From NCBI GenBank assembly GCA_964345775.1, contig CAYFSO010000002.1, positions 15,679-79,678 on the forward strand: DNA of 64,000 nucleotides, in the 5' to 3' direction. The notes below the pieces were generated by a model, which worked only from the letters and a program-made list of their open reading frames with translations, made no database searches and was not told the origin of the DNA. Of this stretch, positions 42,200 through 52,775 are shown in pieces. This stretch comes from an uncultured Leptospiraceae bacterium. GTDB taxonomy: Bacteria; Spirochaetota; UBA4802; UB4802. A program made the position numbers and the translations under genes. How positions within the stretch are numbered: position 1 is the first letter of the stretch; every line of letters begins with the position of its first letter.

Positions 42200-43711
42200 T
42201 TGTTGGTGACTGGAAAGATACCGGAAAACAATGGGCTTGTACTCTCATTGCTGGATCACCTGAATGAGGCCGTGGCCATTTGTTCACGGAAGGGATACCT
42301 AATATACCACAACAGTAAAATGATGGATTACCTGGGCGAACGTCCGGTGAGCGACCCCACCCTGGAAAAGCTGATCCAATCACTGGGTATGGAAAAAGAA
42401 CTGGGAAATTTGCTGCTTGGATGCATCGATTCAACCGAGCAGAAACTGCCTTTTTCTACTACCGTGCTGCTGTCAGATGAAAACGGTTTTAAGAGCTGGT
42501 GTGATATTATCATTGAAGAACTGGACGACGAGCACCGTATGCTTTCAATACGTGATGTATCTGACAAGAAGCTGGCAAAGGAGCTTTTGCGGTTCAGGGT
42601 AGGATTTGAGAAACTTGTGACACATATATCCACGTATTTCATAAACATGGATTACAACGAAATAGACAGCGGTATCATTGACGCACTGGAAAGGATAGCC
42701 GTGTTTTCAGAGGCAGACAGGAGCTGGGTATACTTTTTTAATCATTCCGGGGATACCATAGAAACTGCGTATGAATGGTGTGCGGAAGGAGTACCCTCCA
42801 TAAAAAAACATATGAAAGGTTTAGTTGGTGAACAGGTGCCTTTCTTGTCGGAAAAGATCAGGGCAAAAGAAACGGTTTTTTGTAATTCTATTGATGAACT
42901 GATTTCCACGGAGGATGAAAAGTTTGTTAAAGACCTGCCCATCAAGTCATTCATCGTGGTGCCTGTGGTAAGCAGCGGTCATGTGCGCGGTATTATTGGT
43001 CTCAGCACGGTTTACACGGAGAAAAACTGGCACGGGGATATTGTGACATTGCTGAAAATGGTAGGTGAGATTTTTGCCAACGCCAGGGAAAGGAAAATAT
43101 CCGACGAGGACCTTAAAAAAACCCTGATACAATTACGGCAGGCAATGGGGGGCATCATCCAGGCCATGGCCTTGACGGTGGAATCACGTGATCCCTATAC
43201 TGCAGGTCATCAGCGCAGGGTAGCAGATCTTGCAAGGGCGATAGCCGGCAAGTTGGGGCTTGGTGTTGACGAGATAGAGGCAATACGGCTTGGAGGAATA
43301 ATTCATGACCTGGGTAAAATTTCTGTCCCGGCTGAGATACTCAGCAAGCCGGGCAGGATAAGCCAGCTTGAATTTGATCTCATAAAAAGCCACCCCCTTA
43401 CCGCTTTTGATATCATAAAGACAATAGAATTTCCATGGCCCCTGGCGCATATTGTGCTGCAGCATCATGAACGGTTCGATGGCTCAGGGTATCCCTATGG
43501 GCTTTCAGGTGAAGAGATAAACAGGCATGCCAGGATACTGGCAGTGGCGGATGTTGTTGAAGCCATGGCCTCTCATCGTCCATACAGGCCAGCGCTTGGA
43601 ATGGCAACCGCCATGGAGGAGATCACCAAAAACAGGGGAATATTGTATGACCCCGAGGTGGTTGATGCATGTCTTATTGTCGTTGAAACAGAAGAATATA
43701 CCTTCAATTAG
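42200..43711 (+). CDS. GAF-domain HD-GYP phosphodiesterase
   Basis: C-terminal HD domain with HDLGK and HHERFDGSGYPYGL (GYP motif). Upstream PAS/GAF-like sensory region. Confidence 0.8.
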   Translation: MLVTGKIPENNGLVLSLLDHLNEAVAICSRKGYLIYHNSKMMDYLGERPVSDPTLEKLIQSLGMEKELGNLLLGCIDSTEQKLPFSTTVLLSDENGFKSWCDIIIEELDDEHRMLSIRDVSDKKLAKELLRFRVGFEKLVTHISTYFINMDYNEIDSGIIDALERIAVFSEADRSWVYFFNHSGDTIETAYEWCAEGVPSIKKHMKGLVGEQVPFLSEKIRAKETVFCNSIDELISTEDEKFVKDLPIKSFIVVPVVSSGHVRGIIGLSTVYTEKNWHGDIVTLLKMVGEIFANARERKISDEDLKKTLIQLRQAMGGIIQAMALTVESRDPYTAGHQRRVADLARAIAGKLGLGVDEIEAIRLGGIIHDLGKISVPAEILSKPGRISQLEFDLIKSHPLTAFDIIKTIEFPWPLAHIVLQHHERFDGSGYPYGLSGEEINRHARILAVADVVEAMASHRPYRPALGMATAMEEITKNRGILYDPEVVDACLIVVETEEYTFN

Positions 43712-43752
43712 CCTGTTCGCATAAAAAAAATGGTAATAAAAAAACTATAAGG

Positions 43753-45249
43753 CTATATATATTTTGGCTCCTTGTAGGAGTGCATGTCATGAACCCCGCC
43801 TTCTATCTGTGCTGACATTGATCGCATCTCAAATCGCAGTTCATTGGAGTGTAGCTTCTGGTGCAGAAGCGATACGCTACTGGTTCCTATGTCCTGAAAA
43901 GAATGTTTTAATCCCTGAAAAATGTATGGTAGATAGTCAAGCAGTGACCCCTTGTCTACAACGGCACCCGAAACACCCTGGGCTACCTTGATCTTGGATT
44001 CCTCGGCGAAATATCTCTTTGAGCCGCCTTTTTCCATTGCCTCAATTGATGCCATGCCACGGTATCTTTTCAGGCGGATACCGTTTTCATAAAAGTATTC
44101 ACCCGGGGCTTCCTCGGTACCGGCAAGCATGGATCCCATCATAACGGCAGAAGCGCCAATGGAAAGGGCCTTTGCAATATGACCGATATTGGCAACACCA
44201 CCGTCTGCCACAACGGGAATATCGTGCTTTCGTGCGTAGCGGGCACAGCGGTATACAGCCGTTGCCTGTGCGCGGCCAACTGCCATGGTGGTTTGCGTAG
44301 TACATATTGATCCTGGCCCCATGCCGATCCTGAGCGAATCAGCACCCGCCTTGATGAGATTTTCACACTGTTCTTCTGAAACAACGTTGCCAGCCATTAC
44401 ATCAATTTCGGGATAGGACTTTTTAATATACTTGATCATTTCGATCTGGTAAATGGAATTTCCCTGGGCCGAGTCGATGACAACAAGGTTTACACCTGCC
44501 TTTGCCAGTTCATGCAGCCGTTCCCTTGATTCGTCCTTGGTAGAGATGGCAGCGCCAACCATTAGCTGTTTTCGTGCGTCTTTTGAGGCACATGGGTATT
44601 CCCTGTTGGTGAGCAGGTCGTTCCGGCTCATAAGAGATACAAGGTGCCCGTTTTCGTTTATGATCGGCAGTTTTCCTTTCTTCGAATTTTTTAATATATC
44701 ATTTGCTTCGAAAAGTGTAACACCCTCGTGGGCCGTGAGAAGGTCGGTTGTCATAACCTCCCGTATCTGTTTGGACCTGTCATGCTCAAAATCAATGTCC
44801 CGGTTGGTAACGATACCGATCAGCTTTGAATAGAGATTCCCATCCTCGGTAATTGGAATACCAGAAAAACCATACTCATCTTTTATCCTGTCTATGTCCT
44901 GTATGGTATGCTGGGGTGAAAGAACAACAGGGTCCATGATGAAACCATTCTCATAACGTTTTACCTTTCGAACCTCGTCCACCTGTTCGTCGATGGAGTT
45001 GTTATAATGGATAATTCCGATACCACCAAGAAGCGAAAGAGTAATGGCCATCCTTGATTCTGTTACCGTGTCCATGGGACTTGAAATAACGGGCCGTTTG
45101 ACAATTATATTACGGGATACCCGTGACTCAAGATCAACCTCTTCTGGATTGAAGTCAATAAACCCCGGTAAAATTATGAAATCGTTGTACGCGATACCAT
45201 GTACTGTATCGAAGAGTTCCTGTGCGCTGAATCCGTCTTTTTTTGTCAT
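43753..45249 (-). CDS. guaB: IMP dehydrogenase (with CBS pair)
   Basis: Catalytic loop [23 protein letters not shown], tandem CBS domains. Start at the internal MTKKDGF. Confidence 0.95.
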   Translation of the reverse strand: MTKKDGFSAQELFDTVHGIAYNDFIILPGFIDFNPEEVDLESRVSRNIIVKRPVISSPMDTVTESRMAITLSLLGGIGIIHYNNSIDEQVDEVRKVKRYENGFIMDPVVLSPQHTIQDIDRIKDEYGFSGIPITEDGNLYSKLIGIVTNRDIDFEHDRSKQIREVMTTDLLTAHEGVTLFEANDILKNSKKGKLPIINENGHLVSLMSRNDLLTNREYPCASKDARKQLMVGAAISTKDESRERLHELAKAGVNLVVIDSAQGNSIYQIEMIKYIKKSYPEIDVMAGNVVSEEQCENLIKAGADSLRIGMGPGSICTTQTTMAVGRAQATAVYRCARYARKHDIPVVADGGVANIGHIAKALSIGASAVMMGSMLAGTEEAPGEYFYENGIRLKRYRGMASIEAMEKGGSKRYFAEESKIKVAQGVSGAVVDKGSLLDYLPYIFQGLKHSFQDIGTSSVSLLHQKLHSNELRFEMRSMSAQIEGGVHDMHSYKEPKYI

Positions 45250-45496
45250 TGTTTGCTCCTGTTGATAGAATAATAGCAATTGGGGAGTGCATCTTTGTCA
45301 AGCAATTACAAGATTGTCTCACGATTTTATATAAATGTAGCTGTTTATTGGCATCTTTCAACAAGAATTTTCATTAATATGAGCTGAGAAATTCATAATG
45401 GCACAGGTAATTTTACTTGCCATGTACATATTGAAAATGTCAATATAGATGAAGTGTTATTCAACAGGGAATGCGTATTTGAGCAGGAGGGGCAAC

Positions 45497-45856
45497 ATGA
45501 AAACCTGTAAGCGATGTGGCCAGTGCTGCCAGGATGTAAGGCTTGCAGAGCCTCCTGATCTCCTTGAAAAGGCATACCGTTACTGGCGAAAATCCAAAGA
45601 GATCGATCCTTCTTTTTCAGAGATATACCTGATCTATCCAATGCTTGTATTCAAGTACGAGGACCAGTCAGAGGATCTTCCATACCATTATTCGTGTAAA
45701 CATTTCTTAATGGATATTGATGGCAAACCGGGGTGTTCAATTTATGAAATACGTCCGCGAATGTGCAGGGATTTTCCCTATTACGATGAGGTGGAACACC
45801 TGAACAGGGATGAACCCCTGAGTCCATACAGTGGTTGTGGCTATAACGAGGGTTAG
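45497..45856 (+). CDS. YkgJ-family CxxCxxCC metal-chelating (Fe-S/Zn) protein
   Basis: N-terminal CKRCGQCCQ exactly matches the YkgJ-family CxxCxxCC motif. About 120 aa. Confidence 0.6.
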   Translation: MKTCKRCGQCCQDVRLAEPPDLLEKAYRYWRKSKEIDPSFSEIYLIYPMLVFKYEDQSEDLPYHYSCKHFLMDIDGKPGCSIYEIRPRMCRDFPYYDEVEHLNRDEPLSPYSGCGYNEG

Positions 45857-46954
45857 ATGATGGAAGTGGTGATAACTGGAGCCGCCTTTTTCGGCAGCAT
45901 GCTGTCATTCCTTATCGCGATGGGTCAGTTGGTGGTTACCTACAGGAGACTGGAGAATATTAACCTGGCCTTCCTTTTTACCTGTGTGGGGATCGTTCTT
46001 GTGCAGTACGGTTTTATGCTGAATAATACTGTTTCTCAAGTACCCGGGCTTGTATCGTTTCACCTGACCATTCTTTACCTCCTTGGACCGTTATTGTATT
46101 ATGCCTATTACCTGGTTATGCGATTCGAGGATGTTCTGCCCCTTTCCAAGCTACTGTACATGATGCCGGCTGTTTTTGCGCTGATTCTGGATCTATGGTT
46201 CTTAGGCAAACCTGTATTGTACCGCGAAATGATCATAGGTGAAATGTTCAGAAACGATGTTTCAGATATGGTGATGATCATTCGTGTTCTGATACTGGGG
46301 GCAGCTGTGCAGGCTGCATTGTACCTGGGGTTACTCTTAAAGAATATACTCATCTTCTGGAGATTCAGGGATTATTCTGCCATAACCACCATAACGCTGA
46401 TTTATATTGTAATATCAACGGTATCTCTTTTGCTCATAGCTGCAGCATTCATGTTCGGCTCGTTGGTCGTGTTACAGGTAAGCGTGGTATTCATTACCCT
46501 GCTTTTGATGGGTACGTACCTTGTGGGTCAGAGACACCCTGAATTTCTCCAGGTGCTTATCAAGGAGGCCAGGAAAAAGAGGTATGAAAGATCACTTTTA
46601 AATGGCTATGCCACTGATGAGTTGTGCTCACGTTTGCAGCACCTGATGGATGCCGAAAAGGTGTACGCCTGCGAAGATATAACATTGAAACAGCTTGCAG
46701 AGGAACTGGAACTTACCTCGCATCAATTGTCACAGCTGCTAAATGAAAATTTGAACATGAACTTTAATACCTTCGTCAACCAGTTCAGGATCCGTGATGC
46801 GAAACGCATGCTGGTTGAAGAACCGCAAAGATCCGTGTTGTCAATTGCTTACGCGGTAGGGTTCAATTCCAAGTCTTCCTTTTACGATGCGTTCTCTCGA
46901 TTCACCGGAAAAACGCCACAAAAGTACAGAAGGGACAATCTAACCGGTAGGTAA
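45857..46954 (+). CDS. Membrane-anchored AraC-family transcriptional regulator (6-7 TM helices plus C-terminal AraC HTH)
   Basis: Hydrophobic N-terminal 230 aa. C-terminal AraC signature (LSIAYAVGFNSKSSFYDAFSRFTGKTPQKYRR). Confidence 0.7.
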   Translation: MMEVVITGAAFFGSMLSFLIAMGQLVVTYRRLENINLAFLFTCVGIVLVQYGFMLNNTVSQVPGLVSFHLTILYLLGPLLYYAYYLVMRFEDVLPLSKLLYMMPAVFALILDLWFLGKPVLYREMIIGEMFRNDVSDMVMIIRVLILGAAVQAALYLGLLLKNILIFWRFRDYSAITTITLIYIVISTVSLLLIAAAFMFGSLVVLQVSVVFITLLLMGTYLVGQRHPEFLQVLIKEARKKRYERSLLNGYATDELCSRLQHLMDAEKVYACEDITLKQLAEELELTSHQLSQLLNENLNMNFNTFVNQFRIRDAKRMLVEEPQRSVLSIAYAVGFNSKSSFYDAFSRFTGKTPQKYRRDNLTGR

Positions 46955-47160
46955 TTATAAATCTGGTCGAAGAGTGCCTGTGCGCGTGGTAAAAAATATA
47001 TATAATGACATTGTGCAAAAACCATGTAGTTATTTAAAGACACCTTTTTTTGTGTATTAATTGAAAAATGGGGCACAATATATATATACGTATTAAAGGT
47101 TTTAATCATTAACGCTGCTGTTGCATGGTTTTGCTGTAAGAACTTCCTGGAGGATACCAT

Positions 47161-47676
47161 ATGGGAATTCTTTTTTACGCATTGATCAGCCTGATCTCTT
47201 ACCTGGTATTGACTGCCGGTTCAGGGGATGTTTTTATGCTTTGGTCCATCGAAGAACTGGTTGCAGGTGTGGTAATCAGCATGTTCCTGGGGTTTGTCTG
47301 TCACAACATAATTCCCAGACCCGTGAACGTCCAGGCATTTAATCCTCTCAGGTGGATCCTGGTCCTTCTGTATGTTGTCGGGCCATTCTTTATGATGCTG
47401 ATTGTTGCGAATGTTGAAGTAATTTACAGGGTACTTTCCGGAAAGATCAATCCTGCCATCGTGAAAGTTGAAACCGGGCTGAAAAGTGAAACCGGTGCCT
47501 ATATACTTTCTAACTCCATCACCCTTTCTCCAGGTACGCTCACCATAGAGTTGGAGCCTGATACACACGTATTATACATTCACTGCCTTAACTGGAAAAA
47601 GGAAAAAGGTGAAAAGGCGGAGCCCGGGGACGTATCAGGTATATTGCATTTTTTCATTAAGAAGATTTTCGGGTAA
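47161..47676 (+). CDS. Mrp/Mnh antiporter subunit E-like (MbhA-like)
   Basis: First gene of the Mbh-type operon. 171 aa, TM helices, MnhE-like. Confidence 0.65.
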   Translation: MGILFYALISLISYLVLTAGSGDVFMLWSIEELVAGVVISMFLGFVCHNIIPRPVNVQAFNPLRWILVLLYVVGPFFMMLIVANVEVIYRVLSGKINPAIVKVETGLKSETGAYILSNSITLSPGTLTIELEPDTHVLYIHCLNWKKEKGEKAEPGDVSGILHFFIKKIFG

Positions 47677-47691
47677 AAGGGGAGATATTTC

Positions 47692-47952
47692 ATGGAAACC
47701 ATGCTTATAGTATCGGTACTTCTGTTAAGCATATACATACTACTGATCGTGATTCGAATTGCCTTCAGTCATAATGTACCGGAAAGGATCGTTGCCCTTG
47801 ACACCATCAACACCATGATCATAACCATGATGGTTGTACTTGGAGCGGTAGAGCGGAAGGCTCTTTATATCGATATTGGCATTGTATATGGTATTATTTC
47901 ATTTATTGGCACGCTTTATATTGCCAGATACCTGATTGATGTGGGGAAATAA
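47692..47952 (+). CDS. Mrp subunit F-like (MbhB-like)
   Basis: 86 aa, three TM helices, MnhF-like. Confidence 0.65.
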   Translation: METMLIVSVLLLSIYILLIVIRIAFSHNVPERIVALDTINTMIITMMVVLGAVERKALYIDIGIVYGIISFIGTLYIARYLIDVGK

Positions 47953-48305
47953 TGGATACAGCTATTTATATTCTGCTTGGAATAGGATTGTTCGTGAACG
48001 CCATGAGTATCGTGGGAATTCTGCGATTTCCTGATATGTATACCAGGCTGCATGCTGCAACCAAGACAACAACCTTTGGCAGTATTTTCATGGTGATCGC
48101 GGTGATCCTTCACAGCATAATACTGTCAGATGCTGCCAGTACCGTTATTATAATACACTCTGCCGTAGCCCTCCTGGTTGTCATTTTCACCAACCCCATC
48201 AGTGCGCATGCCATAGCCCGCGCGGCCCTGATTGAAGGCATAAAGCCTGCTGGCGCACAGATCAACGAGTTTGACGAGAAAAAGAAGAGGGAGGCAAAAG
48301 GATGA
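47952..48305 (+). CDS. Mrp subunit G-like (MbhC-like)
   Basis: 117 aa MnhG-like. Start overlaps the upstream stop. Confidence 0.65.
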   Translation: MDTAIYILLGIGLFVNAMSIVGILRFPDMYTRLHAATKTTTFGSIFMVIAVILHSIILSDAASTVIIIHSAVALLVVIFTNPISAHAIARAALIEGIKPAGAQINEFDEKKKREAKG

Positions 48306-48547
48306 TCTCATCGGTAATATTTATCATGTTGTCAATAGTTATGATTGTTACAGCCGTTCTCAGCCTTTACTTTCGCGACCTCCTTGCAAGCGTGGTGAGT
48401 TTCTCGGTTATGTCGCTGGTGTTGACGGTAATGTTCTTTCACCTTGACGCTCCCGATGTTGCAATCGCCGAGGCTGGAATCGGTGCTGCGCTGACAGTGT
48501 GTGTGTTTGTGATCGCAATAAAGATGACCAGGAGAAGAGAAGAATGA
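48302..48547 (+). CDS. Small membrane subunit (MbhD-like)
   Basis: 81 aa, 2-3 TM helices. Translationally coupled (ATGA overlaps). Confidence 0.5.
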   Translation: MISSVIFIMLSIVMIVTAVLSLYFRDLLASVVSFSVMSLVLTVMFFHLDAPDVAIAEAGIGAALTVCVFVIAIKMTRRREE

Positions 48548-49374
48548 GACTGGCAAGTTTTTTATCACTGGTATTGATAGCCGGGTTCCTGTTTGTGGGC
48601 ATACTCAGGCTGCACCCGGTTGGTGAGCCGCTGGGTAATCCCCGTGTTTTTGAAGACAGGAGCAGCCAAATTACAGACATCAAGAATGTTGATACCATGG
48701 ATGATTATTACCTCAGGAACGGGCAGACCGAAACAGGCTCCAACAACCTTGTTGCAAGTGTTGTCTTTGATTACCGCAGCTTTGATACGCTTGGTGAAGC
48801 GACCGTGCTTTTTATCGTTGTTTCAAGCATATCCATGCTTCTGTTTACCCTCGTTAAGCGAAGGGGTACAGAAACAAGCGGTGTTAGCCGGATGAGAGAA
48901 TTCCCGGATGGTGTGTCACGCGTTATCACCTTCAGTTCTTTTCTTCTGTATATCTTGATTGTTACATTTGGTATATACCTGGTTGTGCATGGTCACATTT
49001 CTCCTGGAGGGGGATTCCAGGGTGGTGCTGTCATGGCTTCGGCCACTGCGCTGCTCTTAATAAGCTCACTTATAACCAGGAACGTGCAGAAAACCAAAAA
49101 GGTATTCTCATTTTTTGAGTCATTCGGGCTTACACTGTTTATCGGCATCGGTTTTGCAGGGATCGGGGTATCTTTTCTTTTCAATTTCCTGGCAAATGTT
49201 GACCCCACATTTTTTGGTAGAACGATCGGGTTTGGCCCAAACCCTGGCTATCTCGTGTCCGGCGGCACCCTGCCCCTGTTGTCCCTGGCAATTGGTATGG
49301 AGGTGTTTTTCGGCCTGAGTATCATACTGGTTACCATGTATCACGCTGCAAAAGACGAAAAGGCTGGAGAATGA
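48544..49374 (+). CDS. MnhB-domain membrane subunit (MbhE/F-like)
   Basis: About 276 aa polytopic protein, MnhB-like, in the Mbh gene order. Confidence 0.6.
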   Translation: MRLASFLSLVLIAGFLFVGILRLHPVGEPLGNPRVFEDRSSQITDIKNVDTMDDYYLRNGQTETGSNNLVASVVFDYRSFDTLGEATVLFIVVSSISMLLFTLVKRRGTETSGVSRMREFPDGVSRVITFSSFLLYILIVTFGIYLVVHGHISPGGGFQGGAVMASATALLLISSLITRNVQKTKKVFSFFESFGLTLFIGIGFAGIGVSFLFNFLANVDPTFFGRTIGFGPNPGYLVSGGTLPLLSLAIGMEVFFGLSIILVTMYHAAKDEKAGE

Positions 49375-49377
49375 ACT

Positions 49378-49737
49378 ATGTCGGATTTCTTTCTATACGT
49401 GACGGTTGTGCTGCTGATCTTTTTCGGACTGGTGGCCATTCTCTACAAGAGAAACCTTATCAAGTTAGTTATTGCCCTGAACGTTATACAGGCAGGGGTA
49501 AACCTGCTTTTCATAACCCTTGCCTACAGGCCTGATGGGACTGCACCGATTTTTACCCTTGCCCCGGCGGTAGAGGAATTGAAGATGGTACTGCCAACGC
49601 CACAGGCACTCATCCTGACCAATATTGTTATAGGGTTTGGAACCACCGCCCTTATGCTGACACTGGCCATCCTGACCTATCAGAATAATCGTACACTGGA
49701 TATACGCAAGTTAAGAGGTGTAGAGAACAATGACTGA
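49378..49737 (+). CDS. MnhC/NuoK-like subunit (MbhG-like)
   Basis: 119 aa, three TM helices, NuoK/MnhC pattern. Confidence 0.7.
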   Translation: MSDFFLYVTVVLLIFFGLVAILYKRNLIKLVIALNVIQAGVNLLFITLAYRPDGTAPIFTLAPAVEELKMVLPTPQALILTNIVIGFGTTALMLTLAILTYQNNRTLDIRKLRGVENND

Positions 49738-51446
49738 TCATATCCCGGTATTAATAATAGCCCTGCCGCTTCTAACCGCTTTTATGCTGCCTATTGCGGG
49801 CATGATAAGTACACGCCTTCGAAATATACTGGTATTTCTGGTCATCGTGGCGGTTAACCTGATGCTTCTTTCTCTTGTGCAGCGGGTTTCCATGGGGGGA
49901 GAGGTGCTCCATTACGTTGTTGGCGCGGCGAACCCCCAGCAGGTAATAATGGAGGGGCTTGATTTTCCAATACGGATTGTCCTGAAAATAGACGGGTTTT
50001 CTCTTTTCATGGCACTGATTTCAGGGGTCATTACCCTGGTTGTTTTCCTGTTCTCATGGAGTTATATACAGGAAGGGGAGCGCAAAAATTATTACCTGCT
50101 GCTGATGCTGCTGATCCTTGTGGGAATGCTGGGTATCGAGTTTACCAATGACCTTTTTAATCTTTTTGTTTTCCTGGAAGTTTTATCAATTTCGTCCGCG
50201 GCCCTGGTGGCTTATCGAACCGAGCGCAAGCATCCGCCGTATGCAGGATTCAAGTACATGCTGGTCAGTGCCATAGCTACAAGTTTCCTGCTGATGGGTA
50301 TCGCCCTCTGCTATGCCCAGTACGGCTCGTTTAACATGGATTACATCCATGGCATGATGCAATACAGCATGCTGGATAAGATGGCAATGGTCTTCATGCT
50401 GGTTCCACTTGCCATGAAGGCCGGGGCCATACCAATGCACATGTGGGTACCCGATACCTATTCGGAGGCACCGGCACCAATCAGTGCCATGTTGAAAACT
50501 GCCAGCATGGCAAGCCTGTATGCTCTATTCAGGCTGTCTTTGTCCCTGTTCGGTAACCCCCTTGAAGGCCCCGGGATGAACTATCATACACTTGGGTGGT
50601 TTGTCATCGTCCTCGGGGTGTTGTCAATGTTCATAGGGGTAACCATGGCACTTGTGCAGCACGACGTGAAGCGCCTGATGGCATTTCACGCGGTGTCCCA
50701 GACAGGATACATGCTGCTTGGTGTTGGCGTGGGTATCGCGGTACATGCAAACGCCGACGATGGCAGTGCCTTCAACCTTTTTGGAAAGGTGGCCATGATG
50801 GGCGGGATCTTTCACATGATGAACCATGCCTTTTACAAGGGACTACTGTTCCTTACCTCGGGAGTGATGGTACGGAGGTTCGGGACCCGTGGGTATCGCG
50901 GTACATGCAAACGCCGACGATGGCAGTGCCTTCAACCTTTTTGGAAAGGTGGCCATGATGGGCGGGATCTTTCACATGATGAACCATGCCTTTTACAAGG
51001 GACTACTGTTCCTTACCTCGGGAGTGATGGTACGGAGGTTCGGGACCCGTGACCTGAACAGGATGATGGGGATGGCCCACCGGGATACGTTTACGACGAT
51101 TGCATTTATCATCGGGGCCCTGGCCATTGCGGGTATTCCTCCTTTCAATGGGTTTTCATCGAAAATACTTCTTTATGAATCCGTGTATCGTTTCAGCCCC
51201 GTATTGTCAATTATCGCCATTTTTGTTTCGGTGCTGACACTGGCCTCATTCGTAAAAGTGTTTTACAGCGCCTTCCTGGGGCCCGAGAGAAAGGACATGA
51301 TCGTTGATGAAACCCCGGTTTCACCCGGTATGACGCTGGGGATGGGAATACTGTGCGTGCTGGTAGTTGGGTTCGGGCTGTTCCCGGACCTGGTTGTGGG
51401 GATTATCGTAGAACCGGCTGTCAATAGCCTGGTAACAATACTGTGA
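49730..51446 (+). pseudogene. MnhD/NuoL-like proton-pumping antiporter subunit (MbhH-like), frameshifted by a 160-bp tandem duplication
   Basis: ORFs 49730..51052 and 50889..51446 are the two halves of one NuoL/M/N-family gene (conserved MMNHAFYKGLLFL motif) in different frames. A perfect 160-bp repeat at the junction explains the shift. Confidence 0.8.
50728..51051 (+). repeat. Perfect direct tandem duplication, 2 x 160 bp (unit about 50731-50890 repeated at 50891-51050; boundaries ambiguous by up to 3 nt)
   Basis: Read directly: gggtatcgcggtacatgcaaacgccgacga...ggaggttcgggacccgt occurs twice consecutively with no mismatch. Confidence 0.95.
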
Positions 51447-51464
51447 CAGGGGTGATGTGCTAAA

Positions 51465-51818
51465 ATGTTTACAGTGGAAAAGATATTTACTCAAAACACC
51501 GGGATAATCTGGTATCCCCTCCTGCTGATAGCAATATTCCTGCTGCTTGTGTTTATTCTGTGGGTATGGGGTCGGTATTATTTCAGGAATGATTACAATG
51601 AAAAAACAGCACAGGTAAAACCCTTTAACTCGGGAAACCTTGAGGAAATAGATTACTCAATCAGGTCGGGGAACCTTTACTGGGGCTTCAAGAAGGCACT
51701 TGACGGTTTTTATAACTGTATGGAATCACTGCATACCGGCGACCTGAATGATTACATGGTCTGGCTGTTCCTTTCCATCGGTGTAGTGCTTCTCCTGGTC
51801 AGTGGAGGATTATTATGA
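51465..51818 (+). CDS. Small membrane subunit (MbhI-like)
   Basis: 117 aa with two TM helices, at the Mbh operon position between the antiporter and hydrogenase modules. Confidence 0.5.
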   Translation: MFTVEKIFTQNTGIIWYPLLLIAIFLLLVFILWVWGRYYFRNDYNEKTAQVKPFNSGNLEEIDYSIRSGNLYWGFKKALDGFYNCMESLHTGDLNDYMVWLFLSIGVVLLLVSGGLL

Positions 51819-52270
51819 AAAAGAAACTGCTGAATACCTCGTTTAAACGGTCGTTGTGGGCATTCCACATGAACACCGGTTCCTGTAACGCCTGTGATAT
51901 CGAGATACTGGCAACCCTGATGCCACGATATGATGCTGAACGATTTGGCATCAAGCTGGTGGGTACCCCCCGGCACGCTGACGTGCTGCTGGTAACCGGT
52001 ACGGTAACCGAGAAGATAAAGGACCGTGTACTGCGTGTGTATGAACAGGTGCCCGATCCGAAGCTGGTAATAGTAATTGGCGGATGCGGTTCCACCAAAG
52101 GTGTATACCAGGAGTCCTATGCCATGACGGGACCAATAGATAATTATATTCCCGTTGACGTGTACATCCCCGGCTGTCCACCCAGGCCTGAGGCCATACT
52201 GTACGGGGTTGCCAGGGCATGGGAAAAGCTTGAATTATTGATGAAAAAAGGAAAGAAGAATGCATCCTGA
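51815..52270 (+). CDS. [NiFe]-hydrogenase small subunit, NuoB-like (MbhJ-like)
   Basis: [4Fe-4S] ligands in NuoB spacing (GSCNACD...GGCGSTKG...PGCPP). Confidence 0.9.
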   Translation: MKKKLLNTSFKRSLWAFHMNTGSCNACDIEILATLMPRYDAERFGIKLVGTPRHADVLLVTGTVTEKIKDRVLRVYEQVPDPKLVIVIGGCGSTKGVYQESYAMTGPIDNYIPVDVYIPGCPPRPEAILYGVARAWEKLELLMKKGKKNAS

Positions 52271-52733
52271 TGATATAGTAGCAAGGTTCAGCAGTGAACT
52301 GAAAGGGCATTTTACCGCCTCAAGAATACAGGAAACACCCGAGGGCAGGGATGGTTTAAATAAAAGGACCAGGCTGTGGCTCAACGTGGACCGTGACGTA
52401 TTTCACCGGGCTGTGGCTCTCTTGAAAGAATTCGGTCCACCCCATATTTGTACTCCAATGGCATCAAAAGAATACGATCAAACAATGGAGCTCATTTATC
52501 CGTTCACGTTGAACTATGCCGCGGAACGATACGGTGAACTGGTTGTGATAATCGTGGTAGATATACCCAGGGATGACATGCGCATCAGGAGTGTCAGCGA
52601 CCTGGTACCGGGTATACTGTACATGGAACGTGAAACAATGGAAATGCTTGGCGTCATTATTGAAGATATCCCTGATCCAAGGCGCCTTTTTACTACTGAC
52701 GGCCTGGGTGATTCTTTTCCCATGCGGGACTGA
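52260..52733 (+). CDS. NuoC-like 30-kDa subunit (MbhK-like)
   Basis: 157 aa NuoC/HycE-N-like fold, located between NuoB-like and NuoD-like genes. Confidence 0.75.
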   Translation: MHPDDIVARFSSELKGHFTASRIQETPEGRDGLNKRTRLWLNVDRDVFHRAVALLKEFGPPHICTPMASKEYDQTMELIYPFTLNYAAERYGELVVIIVVDIPRDDMRIRSVSDLVPGILYMERETMEMLGVIIEDIPDPRRLFTTDGLGDSFPMRD

Positions 52734-52775
52734 CGGGAACTTTTGCACTAATAACTGTATGGAGATGTTGTAACC

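Noticed and set aside
50596-50958. 120-aa ORF in the third frame across the tandem duplication
   Set aside because: It is an artefact of the duplicated sequence being read in another frame. The protein-level repeat (YRGTCKRRRWQCLQPFWKGGHDGRDLSHDEPCLLQGTTVP) only mirrors the DNA repeat.
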